Shown: piece after piece, positions 12,880 through 25,040 of the stretch | How the letters are laid out: each line of letters begins with the position of its first letter | Position numbering within the stretch: the stretch's first letter is position 1 | Source of the DNA: Raja brachyura | Taxonomy: Eukaryota | NCBI GenBank assembly: GCA_963514005.1 | Contig: OY740783.1 | Coordinates: 83,266,001 to 83,330,000, forward strand | Length of the DNA: 64,000 nt | Reading direction: 5' to 3' | Position numbers and translations under genes: made by a program | The notes under the pieces: model-generated | The model's database searches: none | What the model was told of the DNA's origin: nothing | The model's input: only the letters and a program-made list of their open reading frames with translations

Positions 12880-13255
12880 TACTCACTCTCCCTGAAAGTG
12901 GTTCACTCTTTCCCTTCCTCTTTAAATTTTCTATCCTCACTGAAGTTGCTGACACTCTCCAATGCATGAAAATGTAAACTCCTTGGCCATCACTAAAGAT
13001 ATTGGCTCCCTCCCTTACCCTGAAGATAAGGTCTACTAAAGATTGGTCTACTAAAGGGGCCAACTTTCGATCACACTCACCCTCTCCCTGAAGGTGCTGA
13101 CTCTCTCTACTCCCCTGGAAGTCCCAAACCCCTCTCCACTCTCCCTGAAAGTCCTGGACCTTCGCCACTCTCCCTGAAAGTGCTGACCCTTTTTTGCGCT
13201 ATTTCTGAAGGGACTGAACCTCTCTCCTGCCCTCCCTGAAGGTGATAACATTCTC
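12880..13255. repeat. Degenerate minisatellite, ~28-30-bp unit (CACTCTCCCTGAARGTGCTGACyCT)
   Basis: ctccctgaa(a/g)gt recurs at about 12886, 13084, 13141, 13169 and 13233, with looser copies between. Confidence 0.75.
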
Positions 13256-14299
13256 TCATGTCCCATGACTGTGCAGATTTTTACTCAGGGAGGGATTTAA
13301 TGGGTAGCCACCCTCCTCTATAGCTCCAGTCATTTCTCATTGGAACTAGATTAGCTGCACTTAGCCAAAATGGATATTGTGCTTCTCCTGACCTTGAAGC
13401 GCAGGGAGTCGGGGGTGGGATGTTAAAGGGGTGGGGGAGAGGGGGACACACACTCATGTCCATTTGTTAGTGACCTTCACTACAAATACCAAACAGCAGC
13501 AATGGACAGAATCACTCACTTTCTAGGTTCATTCTTGGCGAAGAATGGCAACTTCAGGGAAATGCAATGAGTGAAAAGTAACTGTTGGATTACTTGTGCA
13601 AAACACTAAGAGCTGAAGTATCTCAGCAGGTCAGCCAGAATCTGTAGAAGGAATGGATAGGCAACGTTTTGGGTCAGGACCCAATTACCTATTCCACATT
13701 ACCCCATTCTCCCACCGCACTGGTCCGAACCCCACCCACAAACCTTTCTCACCAATACTCAATGACTTGCAGATAAGAAAATTGGAGATAATTGGTGGTT
13801 GGGGGGGGGGGGGAGAGATTTCTGCAAGAAATAGCCATATCCATTATTTTTATACTTCTCTAGTTAGAATTCCTGACCTAACCAACAGCGATTAAACACA
13901 TACTAGTCTGACAGAGATAATGTTAGATCATTGCCAAACTTCATAAGCAGTAAACTTTATTCCTGTACATTCGTTGCTCTTAAATCACCTTTGTTATGGC
14001 TTTTGGTGGCCAAGTGCATCAGCCATAGCTTAATTTATTTTCAGGATGTGAGGGTTATTGGCAAGATGAGAATTTGGCGCTCAACCCTACTTGTCTTTGA
14101 AGAGGGTAAATCTTCTTGAATGGCTTCAATCTTTATGGTGATGATGAATGTTGGATGGAGAAATTCAGGTTTAAAACCTAGCAATGACGAAAGAACAGTG
14201 ATATATTTGCAAATCAGGACAATGTGTGTCATTTGGAAAGAAACCTACAGTTCCTAATAGTAGTGTATTCATCTCTGAATATTAGCTTGTGGCTTTGTA

Positions 14300-14620
14300 C
14301 CAATCCAGTGACTTTAGCACGTGAACCTAGGTTAGCACTGCAGTGTTTTGATGAGATGCTGAAACCAATGAACGGACTTCTCTCTCATGTGGATAAATGG
14401 CTGCAATCTAAAGAAAGTTAGGGTTATTATCCCTTGTATTCTGGCACTATGCATCCCTCAAACAAATGATTTAAAAATAGCATTTGGTCGTCAAATTACT
14501 ATTTGAAGATCCAAGTTGATTACACACTATTTATTACATAACAATAGTACCTACATTTTGAAATGAATTTATTAGATGTAAAATTATTTTGAACCGCCTG
14601 AGGTTATGAACGTAACTTTA
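14300..14620 (+). mobile_element. Deu-domain SINE remnant
   Basis: gcagtgttttgatgagatgctgaaacc...atccctcaa...ttattacataacaatagtacctaca; same family as 5990. Confidence 0.5.
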
Positions 14621-15146
14621 AATCCTCTCTGTTTTTGAATATAGATAATGATGTGGTTCATGGTAAAAGAAACCCCTCAACGTTTATTTGGAATGGTATT
14701 AAATGGTGAAAACAGAAAAAAAAAAGAAGTTCACGACCAAAACAGCAGCAGCATGTGTACGAGATATTATGCAGGTTTCCTAGACCCCTTCCATTCAATT
14801 TAAGCAAAATTAAACTTTTACATTGTCACTGTGAAATTGAATGTTTATTAAAAATGTGTTTAAGATATTTCATAATTATGTATGCAATCTATTTTCGTTA
14901 CCTAATGGGAGGCGACTTTATTGGGAGACATGAGGCCTGTAGTTAGAATGCTATTAAAAAAATATGTACAAGACTTTCTTACAGATTGAATGGAACAATA
15001 CACCTTATTTGGATTATACAGCACAATGACATATAAAAAAATATTCAATAGACAAACAGCCTTTACCTGAAATACTTAAGTGAGGAGTTATTTTGGAGTA
15101 ATCATATATTACATTTCAAATAGTACAACGCCAATCATTACGATAT

Positions 15147-15331
15147 CGAAACACAAAGTGCTAGAATATCTCAGCGGGTCAGGCAGCATCTGTGGAGGGA
15201 TAGGACAGGCGACGTTTCATCAGTGTGATGAAGAATTCCGGCCCGAAACGTCACCCTGGAGACGCTGCCCGACTCGTTGTGTTAGTTACTTGTGTAACTC
15301 CAAGATTTCAGCAGCTGCAATTTCTCACATC
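15147..15331. mobile_element. Inverted-pair Penelope-derived repeat with 13-bp TSD
   Basis: Flanked by ATCATTACGATAT at 15134-15146 and 15332-15344; contains gacgtttc and cccgaaacgtc in opposite orientations. Confidence 0.8.
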
Positions 15332-15881
15332 ATCATTACGATATGCAGTGGCTGCACACACCGCACAACACAATACCCAAATAAGGCCCATAACGTAGAA
15401 ATATATAAAGGTTGCAAGGAGGAAAATATCACAAACAACAAGCGCACCATAAAATGATAACCATTCTGGTAAGAATTGAAACTGATCCATATTTCATCTT
15501 CCAACCCTCATTTTTGAACATTTCAATAACGGGGATCACAGCTCCAGGTGTCCGTCCTGCGATTGCTGTCACCCGATTAACTCCTGCTCCACAGCAGTTT
15601 TTCTATTTGCAGGTAATACAAACAGTGTCACAATGAATGTGCCCAGACATACACCTCGACAATGACAAAATACTTAGTGAACTTCACGGACTACAAAATC
15701 TCATACAGAGCACAAACTGCCAATAAATGAAGGTGGAAGTTGAGGAAATGCAGTTGTTTTTGCATTTCAACAGTAAAATAAAATAAATTGATAAAGCAAT
15801 ATATCTAGAAAATTCAGATTTCATTCTTGGTCCAATAGACAGCCAATCGTCAGAAATATCACCAGGTTTACTAAACCAAGT

Positions 15882-17496
15882 GTGTAAGAAGGAAATGCAG
15901 ATGATGATTTAAATCGAAGATAGACACAAAGGCTGGAGTAACGGGACAGGTAACATCTCTGGAGAGAAGGAATGGGTAACTTTTCGGGTCGAGAGCCTTC
16001 TTCAGACTGGTTAGGGATAAGAAAAACGTGAGATATAGACGGTGATGTGGAGAGATAAAGAAGAATGAATGAAAGATATGCAAAAAAGTAACGATGATAA
16101 AGGAAACATTGTAAGCTGTTTGTAGTGTGAAAATGAGAAGCTAGTGTGACTTTGGTGGGGGAGGGATAGAGAGAGAGGGAATGCCAGGGCGACCTGAAGT
16201 GAAAGAAATCAATATTCATACCACTGGGCTGTAAGTTACCCAAGCAAAATATGAGATGCTGTTCCTCCAATTTGCGTTTAGCCTCACTTGACAATGGAGG
16301 AGACCGAGGACAGAACGGTCTGTGTAGGAATGGGAAGGAGAATCCGTCAACCGGGAGATCAGGTTGGTTCACGAGGGCTGAGCGGAGGTGATCCACGAAA
16401 TGATTGAACAATGGATACAGTAGATGAGGTTGGAGGACGTGCAAGTGAACCTCCGCCTAACCTGAAAGGACTGTTGAGGTCCCTAGACAGAGTCGTGTGG
16501 GAGGAGGTATAGCGACAGGTGTTGCATCTTCTGCGGTTGCAGGGGAAGGTACCTGGGGAGGGGGTAGTTTGGGTTGGAAGGGATTGCGGAGGGAACTGCA
16601 GAAGGCAGAAAGGGGTGGAGATGGGAAAATGTGGCTAGTGGTGTGATCCCGTTGGAAGTGGCGGAAATTTCGGAGGAATATGTGTTGAATGCGATGGCTG
16701 ATGGGGTGGAAGATAAGGACTGGGGGACTGTCTCTGTTACCACTAGAGGGAGGGGGAGCAAGGGCGGAGCTCCGTGGAGACATGAGTGAGGGCCTCATAT
16801 ATGATGGGAGAGGGGAACCCCCAGTACATAAAGAATTAGGACATCTCGGATGTTCTTGTATGGAACACCTCATCTTGGGCGCAGATGTGGCATAGACGGA
16901 GTAGGGGATAGAGTCTTTGCAGGAAGCAGGGTGGGAAGAAGTGGAGTCAGGGGTTTTATTACAAACAATTGTAACAAGACTATTGACATCAATCAATAGT
17001 CTTTCTCGTGATGGAGACTGTGAGATCAAGAAAGGGGAGTGAGGTGTCGGAGATGGTCCAAGTAAATTTGAGTGCAGGATGAAAATTGGTGGTGAAGTTG
17101 ATGAAGTCCATCAATGTAACAGGGACAAAGATAGAGCATGCAGTATTCAATGTAACAGTGATAGAGTTCGGGGATGGGCCAGTGTATGCCTGGAACAGGG
17201 ATCGCTCAACGTACCCAACAAAGAGGCAGGCACAGCTGGGGCCCATGCGGGTGCCCAAAGCTACGCCTTGGCCTTGGAGGACGTGAGACGAGTCAAAGGA
17301 GAAGTTGTTGAGGGTGACGAACAGCTCCACAAGGTGGAGTAGAGTGTTATCAGAGAGACCACATCACCATCTATATCTCTCGTTTCCCTTATTCCTAACC
17401 AATCTGCAAAACGGTTTTGAATCAAAACGTCACCCATTCCTTCTCTCCAGAGATGCTGCCTGTTTTGCCGAGTTACTCCAGTTTGTTGTGTCTATC
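15882..17496 (-). mobile_element. 5'-truncated Penelope-like element (RT + GIY-YIG C-terminal remnants) with inverted 5' terminal repeat
   Basis: ORF 16989-17330 NNFSFDSSHVLQGQGVALGTRMGPSCACLFVG...LPFLDL matches Penelope-type RT motifs. ORF 15821-16444 KRKLEEQHLIFCLGNLQPSGMNIDF matches the endonuclease C-terminus. Terminal repeat at 15882-16150; inverted copy at 17359-17496. Flanks ACTAAACCAAGT (15870-15881) and ACTAAACTAAGT (17497-17508). Frameshifted. Confidence 0.88.
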
Positions 17497-17859
17497 ACTA
17501 AACTAAGTAATTGGCGATGTGTAATCAAGAAAATGAAGGAATGTGGAATGAAGATTAAAAAAGTGCTGTCAGTGTTGCGGGAATGTCAGATCTGCTTTCT
17601 ATTAATTTCTGGAATTTACAAAAGTCAGTAAAGAATGCGGTAGAGACGGTGAGAATAGGACAGATGATGAGTGGGGGCAGAGAGTTTGGGAGCGGGTAAG
17701 TGACGCAGAGACCCAGGAGTGGGATAGAGGTCGGCCGGAGATCTGTGAGTGCAGCACTGTGAGTGCAGCACTGCGGGATCTGCAAGCCATTGCAGGAGGC
17801 GCCTGATATTACAGGGGAGCGCGATATTGCAAGGTATAGCAGGGGTGCGCGATATTGCA

Positions 17860-18939
17860 AGGGACTCCCAACAGTGGGGTTGCATGTAAGGTCACCGGGT
17901 CATAGGGTTTGACACACGGAGCCGCTCAATCCATCTGGAGGACATCACAGCTTCCGGTATATGTTGTTAATACACGAAACGCGTACTTTCCTACCTGTTA
18001 AAAAACGCCAAAATGGGGAATTTTTGTGCTGTAAAGTCGGGTTAAGCGTGAGAGACATGTACCCAACTTCAGAATTCCAAAAGTAAAGCGAAATGAAGTT
18101 AAAGAGAAGCGAGAGCTGAAGGGACAACAACAGCTAAATTGCTTGGCGAACATTGCTAAACATGGTTCTGAAGTGGGTTTTTACATGCAAAATGAAAACG
18201 CTTCTGAAACTAAATATATCATTTAAAAAATCTCCAGACTTACGAGTGGTGTGTGGAAAAGTAAGTTCTCTATCATTATGCTATTGAGGTATATTTTGGC
18301 AAATAATAAAATGTCCTGACAGCTTAAACACCCACTCCCTTTCAATAGGATATTGTCAATTTGCTGAGGTTGATTATGTCCAATTAGCAGCTAACCATTA
18401 TGCCATTCCTTGGCTTGCATCTGAGTAAAATGCAATTCAAAACCCACGTATGGTTTGCGATTTCTTTAATGATAAATTTTGCTTCAGAGGCATTTTCTTT
18501 TTGTATGTAAAAACCCACAAGAACCATGGGCGATTTTAAAATTTTACAGCCAGATTTATCACTTCTGAAACTTTTTAGATGCCAAAGGGATCAAGAAAAA
18601 ACACAAATAATGCCTTACTGTTAATGAAATGCAGTGAGCAAATGGCCAATGTTCGCCAAGCACTTTGGCTGGTGTTGTCCCATCAGCTCTCGCCTCTATC
18701 TACCGTCATTTCCCCTTATTTTTGGAATTCTGATGTAGGATAAATGTCTCTCACACTTATCCCGATTTCCATAATTATTTACAGCGCAACAATTGATCAT
18801 TTCGGCGAGTTTTAACGGGCCCGCTACGCTGGAAACAATGGTCAGTGCTTATCTGCAGTTCATCGCGTCTACTCCACTTGGCGTAGCGAAGCAACAGTAC
18901 GGGTCATGGGTCGTGACCCCACTGCCGTGAAACCTCCCT
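17860..18939. mobile_element. Non-autonomous DNA transposon-like element with long internal inverted repeats
   Basis: 17995-18155 mirrors 18645-18815 and 18160-18240 mirrors 18450-18530. Ends loosely inverted (AGGGA...CAGTGGGGT). Sits inside a short gcgatattgca repeat array. Confidence 0.65.
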
Positions 18940-20247
18940 ATACTGCAAAGATCGCACGATATTGCAGGCAACGCCAGATGTAGCACATTCCGCAATGTCC
19001 TCAATATCGCAGTTTAAGTAGGGAACTCACGGTGAGGAAATTTAATTTAAGAGTTTTGTAGAAAATAATTTGTAATTAGCACACATTAACAATGAGTCGT
19101 GGATAATTGATTGCCAGGGAGAAAGGTCAGGACTGGGAGCTGGTAAATGGCGGATTCGGATGTGTTCATATTGCATTCAGATAATTTCTTCAAGCACTGC
19201 TCAACAGAAGGGTGATATCCTAGTTGCCTCCACTTATTTAATTCCTCCTCCTCCACTTGCCCCCACCCTACTACACCACTGCCAAGTGATATTAAGGCTT
19301 TCCTTTCCTGCTTGCAAAGTTGATTAAGGCCAATGTTGACTTTTGTTCTGCTGACTACTTTTGCCGTGCCAAGGTGGATCAAATGTAGTTGTCATAATAA
19401 ACTGTCATGCACTGACCATGACTGCTGTCATGAAACAGGCCAGTGGATGCACAACAGTTTGAGAGCAAGAGAAATCCCATTCACTTCCACAATAGCAGTT
19501 GACATGCAATGCCTGCAAAGGGATGCCAGAAATCCCAGTAAAATGTATATATATATTTATGTATATAGATCTCTATATAGATATGTGAGACCTCCAATAC
19601 TCAATTCCTTCTCCCTAATTCCGGCATCTTGTCCAGCTATCCATGCCCCGTAGCAGAAGTGTTCACGTCATGGGGCTGGAAACTAGAAGTATCCTGAGCT
19701 AATTCTGCTACCACCATCATTTATTGCGATGTGATGGCTTCCACTGATTGTCGGCGGAAGCTTGCGTCCTTTTCAGGACCGACGATGACAGCGAGTTCAA
19801 CATTTGTAACAAGGTGGACACCAAAAGAAGAAATCTATGCCACTCATTCTCCTAATTGCATGGCAAATGCCTACAACTGCACCAATATTTGGGAGCAACT
19901 GATTAGTACAGTCAGCAGAACCCTTCACTGCTTACCACATATCCACAGAATTTTGTAACTTGAAACAAGTCCAGAAACACTTTACACCTGTGGAATTGTA
20001 AGAACTGTGGCCAGGAGAATCATTATACATAGAACTGGTGTGGTATGGCTTTTTCAAGGAGAGGAGAGAGGGTATCTTCCTGTTGATAAATGCATATTCA
20101 ATCTTGTGAGGGTAAAGAAAATCATTGTTGAAGTAACTGGCCACATAAATGCACGCGTGCTGGAATGGGCCAGTTTGTTCAAAAGGCACTCCAAAATAAT
20201 GCCACCAATTTGAGTTTGTCCTGTCCGACTTTTAGACAATCTGTAAG

Positions 20248-20680
20248 AATCTAGAATAGTACAACACAGGAACAGGCCCTTCATGCACCATAATGTGAAT
20301 ATAAACTAATCCCATCTCTCTGCACAGGATCCGTACCCTTCTCTTCCCTGACCAAATATCTAAATGCCTCTTAAATAATACTGTTGCGTCTACTTCTACA
20401 GTCTCCCCGGGCAGAGTATTCCATGCACCTACCACACTGCATTAAAAAAAAGCCTTGTTACTCTTCTTCTCTCACCTTAAACCTATGCTATATAGTATTT
20501 GACATTTCCACCTTGGGGAAGATATTCCAACTATCTAACTACGTATGCCTCCAATATTCATATATACCTGTACTTCTATCAGATCATCCCTCAGCCTCCA
20601 GGGCTTCAGTGAAAACATGGAAGTTTGTTCAACCTTTCCATACAACTAATACCATTTAATCCAGACAGCAGCCTGGTGCT
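20248..20680 (-). mobile_element. CR1-type LINE 3' fragment
   Basis: Minus-strand ORF remnant VGAWNTLPGETVE...FKRHLD, typical of the CR1 ORF2 end. Confidence 0.8.
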
Positions 20681-21169
20681 AGACCATATGGGGAATACAG
20701 AAAGTAGAACTTAGAACAAAAAACAAACTGCTAAAATAACTCAGTGGATCAAGCAACATCTATGGAGGCAAAGGAATGGCCACTGTTCTGAGTTGAGATT
20801 CTGTATCAGGACTAGGAGTGTCGAGGGTAGATAGCCATGTACAATGTGAAAGGGGGAGATGATAGGTGGACCCAGGCGTGATAAATAATTAGGAAGATGG
20901 AGCTGATCACCAAGGATCCTTGTAGAACCACTCTGGTTGCAGACCTTCAGGCAGAACAACACCCACCACTACTTTATGTCTTCTATGACCAAGTCTTTTG
21001 ACTATGGACTGAAGTTTGGGTTTTTGTTTATAAATTATAAGAAATTTGAACATTTATTTTCACTTAATTATAGTTTCACAATATCAACATCATCTGCACA
21101 GATGTTAGTCCAATGAATTTTGATTAATTGATATAGTAGAACGTCTACCCGAAGAAAAGTCAGAGAGAC

Positions 21170-21535
21170 CCACAGTATGAAAGGGGGCCCTTCAGCCAAA
21201 TGAGACAACACCAAATATTAAACATACATTCACGCTATTTACATAACAGCATCTGCCGTTCCTTTCTATGCACATTAACACTGATCCTACATTAATCCCA
21301 TTTTTATTCTTACTAAATGCCTATCAACTCCCTACAGATTCTACCACACATAACACTCGAGATAATAAACAGTGACCAATTAACCTGCTAATTAGCATAT
21401 CTTTGGAATATGCAAGCAACCAGAACATCAGAGGAAATCCACGCAATCACACAAAGAACGAGCAGATGCACCAGGGGTCAGCTTTGAACATGAAGCTTTC
21501 AGGCAGCAACTCATGTTGGTGTACCATTGTGCCAC
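21170..21535 (-). mobile_element. Decayed HE1-like SINE
   Basis: ggcccttcagcc, ccaattaacct, tctttggaatatg and ggcagcaactc are collinear with the SINE at 12212-12500. Confidence 0.6.
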
Positions 21536-21630
21536 ACCAAAATGCCTGCATCTCTATCATTGATTATTACAACACGCTTCTTGATTCCCTGAAAGTGGAT
21601 TTTCGTTTAATCCAATACTTTAGCACTTAC

Positions 21631-21762
21631 CATCATTGCGTTTCCTCTTGTTATTCTCATTATTAGATGGTGTGATTCCCAGAATTCCACTGATGGAATA
21701 GGAAGATCCCGCAGAATCATTGACAGCGGAAGGAACAGGAGTCACGGGCACAGTGCTTGGTG
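21631..21762 (-). CDS. pax5: Pax5 exon 5 with octapeptide and basic NLS
   Basis: (A)[43 protein letters not shown]. ccatag acceptor, gtaagt donor, 132 nt. Octapeptide YSISGILG is Pax5-type (Pax2 YSINGILG). Confidence 0.96.
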
Positions 21763-21865
21763 CTATGGATGTCAATGATAAATACAATTAGTTCATTTGG
21801 AGACATTGTAAACTAAATCTTAGTTCCCCACATCTTTCTTCTGTGGGAACTGAGTCTAGATCTGA

Positions 21866-21978
21866 CGTGTAGGAAAGAACTGCAAATGCTGGTTTAAATC
21901 AAAGGTAGACACAAAATGCTGGAGTTACTCAGGCATAATCTCTGGAGAAAAAGAATGGATGACGTTTCTTCAGACTGG
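21866..21978 (-). mobile_element. Short Penelope-derived repeat, hammerhead stem II deleted
   Basis: Reverse complement CAGTCTGAAGAAACGTCATCCATTC; tail matches 15882-15990. Confidence 0.8.
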
Positions 21979-22144
21979 ATCCATCTTTGCTGACTTCCCA
22001 ACAAGGGTTGCGTTTCAAAGACAGGGATCATACAAATCAATTTGCCACACTTGGCATGATCATAATTAATTCCCGACTAGGACTGTGAATATTCAACATT
22101 AGGGGAGAAAGGAAGTAATTCTATAGAAGAAGCGGAAACCACTT

Positions 22145-22266
22145 TTGACCATTAGGGAGACTGACAAAAACCTCCAGGAACCTCCGGGAACCGCACGAAA
22201 ACCTTGGGTGGGGCACAAAGTCTCCAGAGGTTTCCGTTCAGGTTTCCTAAGTGGGACAGGGGCATA
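22145..22266. mobile_element. Single end of a non-autonomous DNA transposon (possibly Harbinger-like)
   Basis: GC-rich insert with aacctcc repeats, ending aagtgggacaggggcata; family assignment from recall only. Confidence 0.35.
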
Positions 22267-24511
22267 ACTCTGACCTGTAGCCTTATAGATAATTTCAATT
22301 CCAATATGTTTTTATTATTGATTCACAGTACAGGAATATAGTCAGCCAAGTACATTGAGATATACAGTCATATTAGGAAATTTGAAAGTCGGAAAAATAT
22401 CTACTCTTCTTTACACACTAAATTTTCAATAAGAAACAATGTGTATTTTCTAGGCTTAAAGTCAAAGCCAACAAATGATTCCTAGCACATGACTGGTTTG
22501 CTACTTCATGCATTTTAGAGCATGTGTTCTCACCTCAATGAGAACATAAACACATCACCCATCTGGTCAAAAAATCATCAAAGTATTTCTACAGTCTCAA
22601 TACATATATTTTGGTATCAAAGTCTGTAACTATTTGACTTCTGTCCCCATGTCTCTGTTTGATCTCTACGGTCATATTTACATTCTATTGTTTCACCCAA
22701 TTGAACACAATCCCAGCAAAGTCAATTGGAAGTATTAGAAACCTGTGGCTATTTGCCTAATTGGAAGTCTATGGGTTTTGGTTGAACTCACCACAAGTCA
22801 GTGTTAATTGATTGACTGATTTTTTTTTAGAATCTTGTGGATACAAGTTCATCAAACTCAAAAGAAGGAGTTTGTTATTATCCCACTGAACCCCTGAGAA
22901 CCATAAGGAAATTGGTCTATTGTGTTCTTGAGAAACTATTGATAATAATAAAATACACTTACTAGTTTACCCAGAGTCAATAACATACATGTACACAAAT
23001 TGTCTTCTGAGGCCTGGTATCTGAGACTACATAAAAAATGGGACAGGGAGTACAACCACCTGAGGAACTGCTCCTCAGCATGGTCCACTGCAAGAATGAG
23101 GCATACGAACAGGGCAAGAAAGAATGCACTTTCATACACCCTTGCTAATGGACCTATGAATTTTGACTATGTTGCGCATTATAATAACTCAGATGCAAAT
23201 AATGGCCAAAATCCGCACATTAGCAGGTCAGCTAGAGCATGCCTTTCAATTGCTCATCTGTACTGTGGATCATAAACTTACACAAGCACTGAGGGTTATG
23301 CTTAAAATAAAGGTCAATTTTAAAAAAGTTCAATTTTGGTGGAAACTTAAATCACACACTGCAAATTGCAAAGGCACAATCAACACTGAATGGGAAACTG
23401 AGAAAAGGGAATTAAAAGAAAAGAATAAAACTTTCATAACTCCTTTGTGCTTAATGATGCAGAAAATGTAATATAGTTTCCTTTATGGATGTATTACTTT
23501 AATTACATCACATTCTATGGCCATTCTATTGCCACTTTAAATTTTGGATTTCAATTTTGTATTACAATGTGAAATCTTTTTATCGAAATAATCGTCAGAC
23601 TTCAGAACCCAAGTTATATCGGTGAATTGCATTTAAACTATAAGTTGCTAAGGAACACCGAGGTGGTGAAGAGGTTGATGCATTTTCATTGTAAGACAGA
23701 GAAACCCAACAGTAATAACAATCAGATTACATTACAGTTATTGCCCAGATGAGTGGTAACTAATTAGAGGTTAATCTTCTGTCCTGTTTGAGCTCAGATA
23801 TAAACTGATCAAGAATGAATATAATAATGGCCTGATGTATATTCATATAAAAAGCAAGGCATGCCCAGGAGTAAGAGATGAGGTTAACCAAATTAGTTCA
23901 TGCACTCTTTGTTCAGTAAATAAATTAAAAGATGTGGCCCTTAGATATTTGACCAGATTTAAAGTTCTAGAAAGAAATCAAAGTGACATTTTAAGTGAGG
24001 GGTAAAATCATTTTAATGTTGGATCAAATATAATACTTAGTCACACAAACATTGGAGAAAATCAAATGTTAAACTCAGTTTGCTAAGAATCAATTATATT
24101 CAGAATATGATGCATCCGATTGAACAAAGAGAACAAACTCTGTGACATGACAACCAATTCGTTCTTGAGGTTTCAAAAGGTCTACTGGTCTGCTCACAGT
24201 TTTACCAGAAAAACTTCAAACCCTTAAGAGCCACACAACTCTCATGTGAAGAATGGGCACGTTCTCACAAACCCCAAACAGATAAGGAGCTATAATGAAA
24301 AATGACCAACATATGGGTAGTAACTGTGGGGCCACAGATTAGAAAATCACAAATAACAGTACAGAAAGGGACTGACAGAGAGAGCAGGAATTAATTTCTA
24401 CTCTGATTAGTTGCTCTGATGCAGTTAATCATCAGATTAAATGCCAGGTTTGAAATTTAGAGCAATATATCTCCGACATAAGTGAAACAACAGTTTTGCA
24501 ATGATTCTTAC

Positions 24512-24576
24512 CGATAGTATGGGATAAAACTGGTGATTGTTGATTTGGAGGCTGCTGCACCTTTGTTCGAATAATC
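24512..24576 (-). CDS. pax5: Pax5 exon 4
   Basis: IIRTKVQQPPNQQSPVLSHTI. ttattcag acceptor, gtaaga donor, 65 nt, phases 2 to 1. Confidence 0.96.
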
Positions 24577-24709
24577 CTGAATAAAAAGAACATTTTTTAA
24601 AGTGTTTTTACTCCAACTCATGTGACAGCCAAGACAAATGGAGCCATCCAATCTTTGGCTCCAAACTTATAGTAAGTAATATTGAGCTGGGCTGTTGAGG
24701 ATGTGTGAG

Positions 24710-25040
24710 GGTTCATTTAACATGAAGATATGATGAAAAAAAATCCTTCACGTCTTCATCATGACTAAAATGCTTCAAAATGAATGAAGTATTTTTCAAA
24801 TGTAGTCACCATTATAATGTACACAAACACAACCATTTTGTATTCTTCCACAGTTCACAAGCAGGAAATGGAATGAATGACCAGATAACAGTTTCCTTGA
24901 GTATTGCAGTATGAAACTTGGCCGGATAACCATTTAAACCATAAAATGTCCCATGGATCTTTTCGGTTCATTCCAAAAGAGGCTGATTATCTTTACTTGT
25001 TTCATTTATTACACTGAAATGTCAGCTGAGATTATGTTGC
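24710..25040 (-). mobile_element. Deu-domain SINE remnant just upstream of exon 4
   Basis: aatgaagtatttttcaaatgtagtcac...aatgaccagataa...tgtcccatggatcttt is the reverse of the recalled Deu core. Confidence 0.55.

Noticed and set aside
12880-13255. CRISPR-like repeat-spacer pattern
   Set aside because: Vertebrate DNA, degenerate adjacent units, no unique spacers or cas genes; it is a minisatellite.
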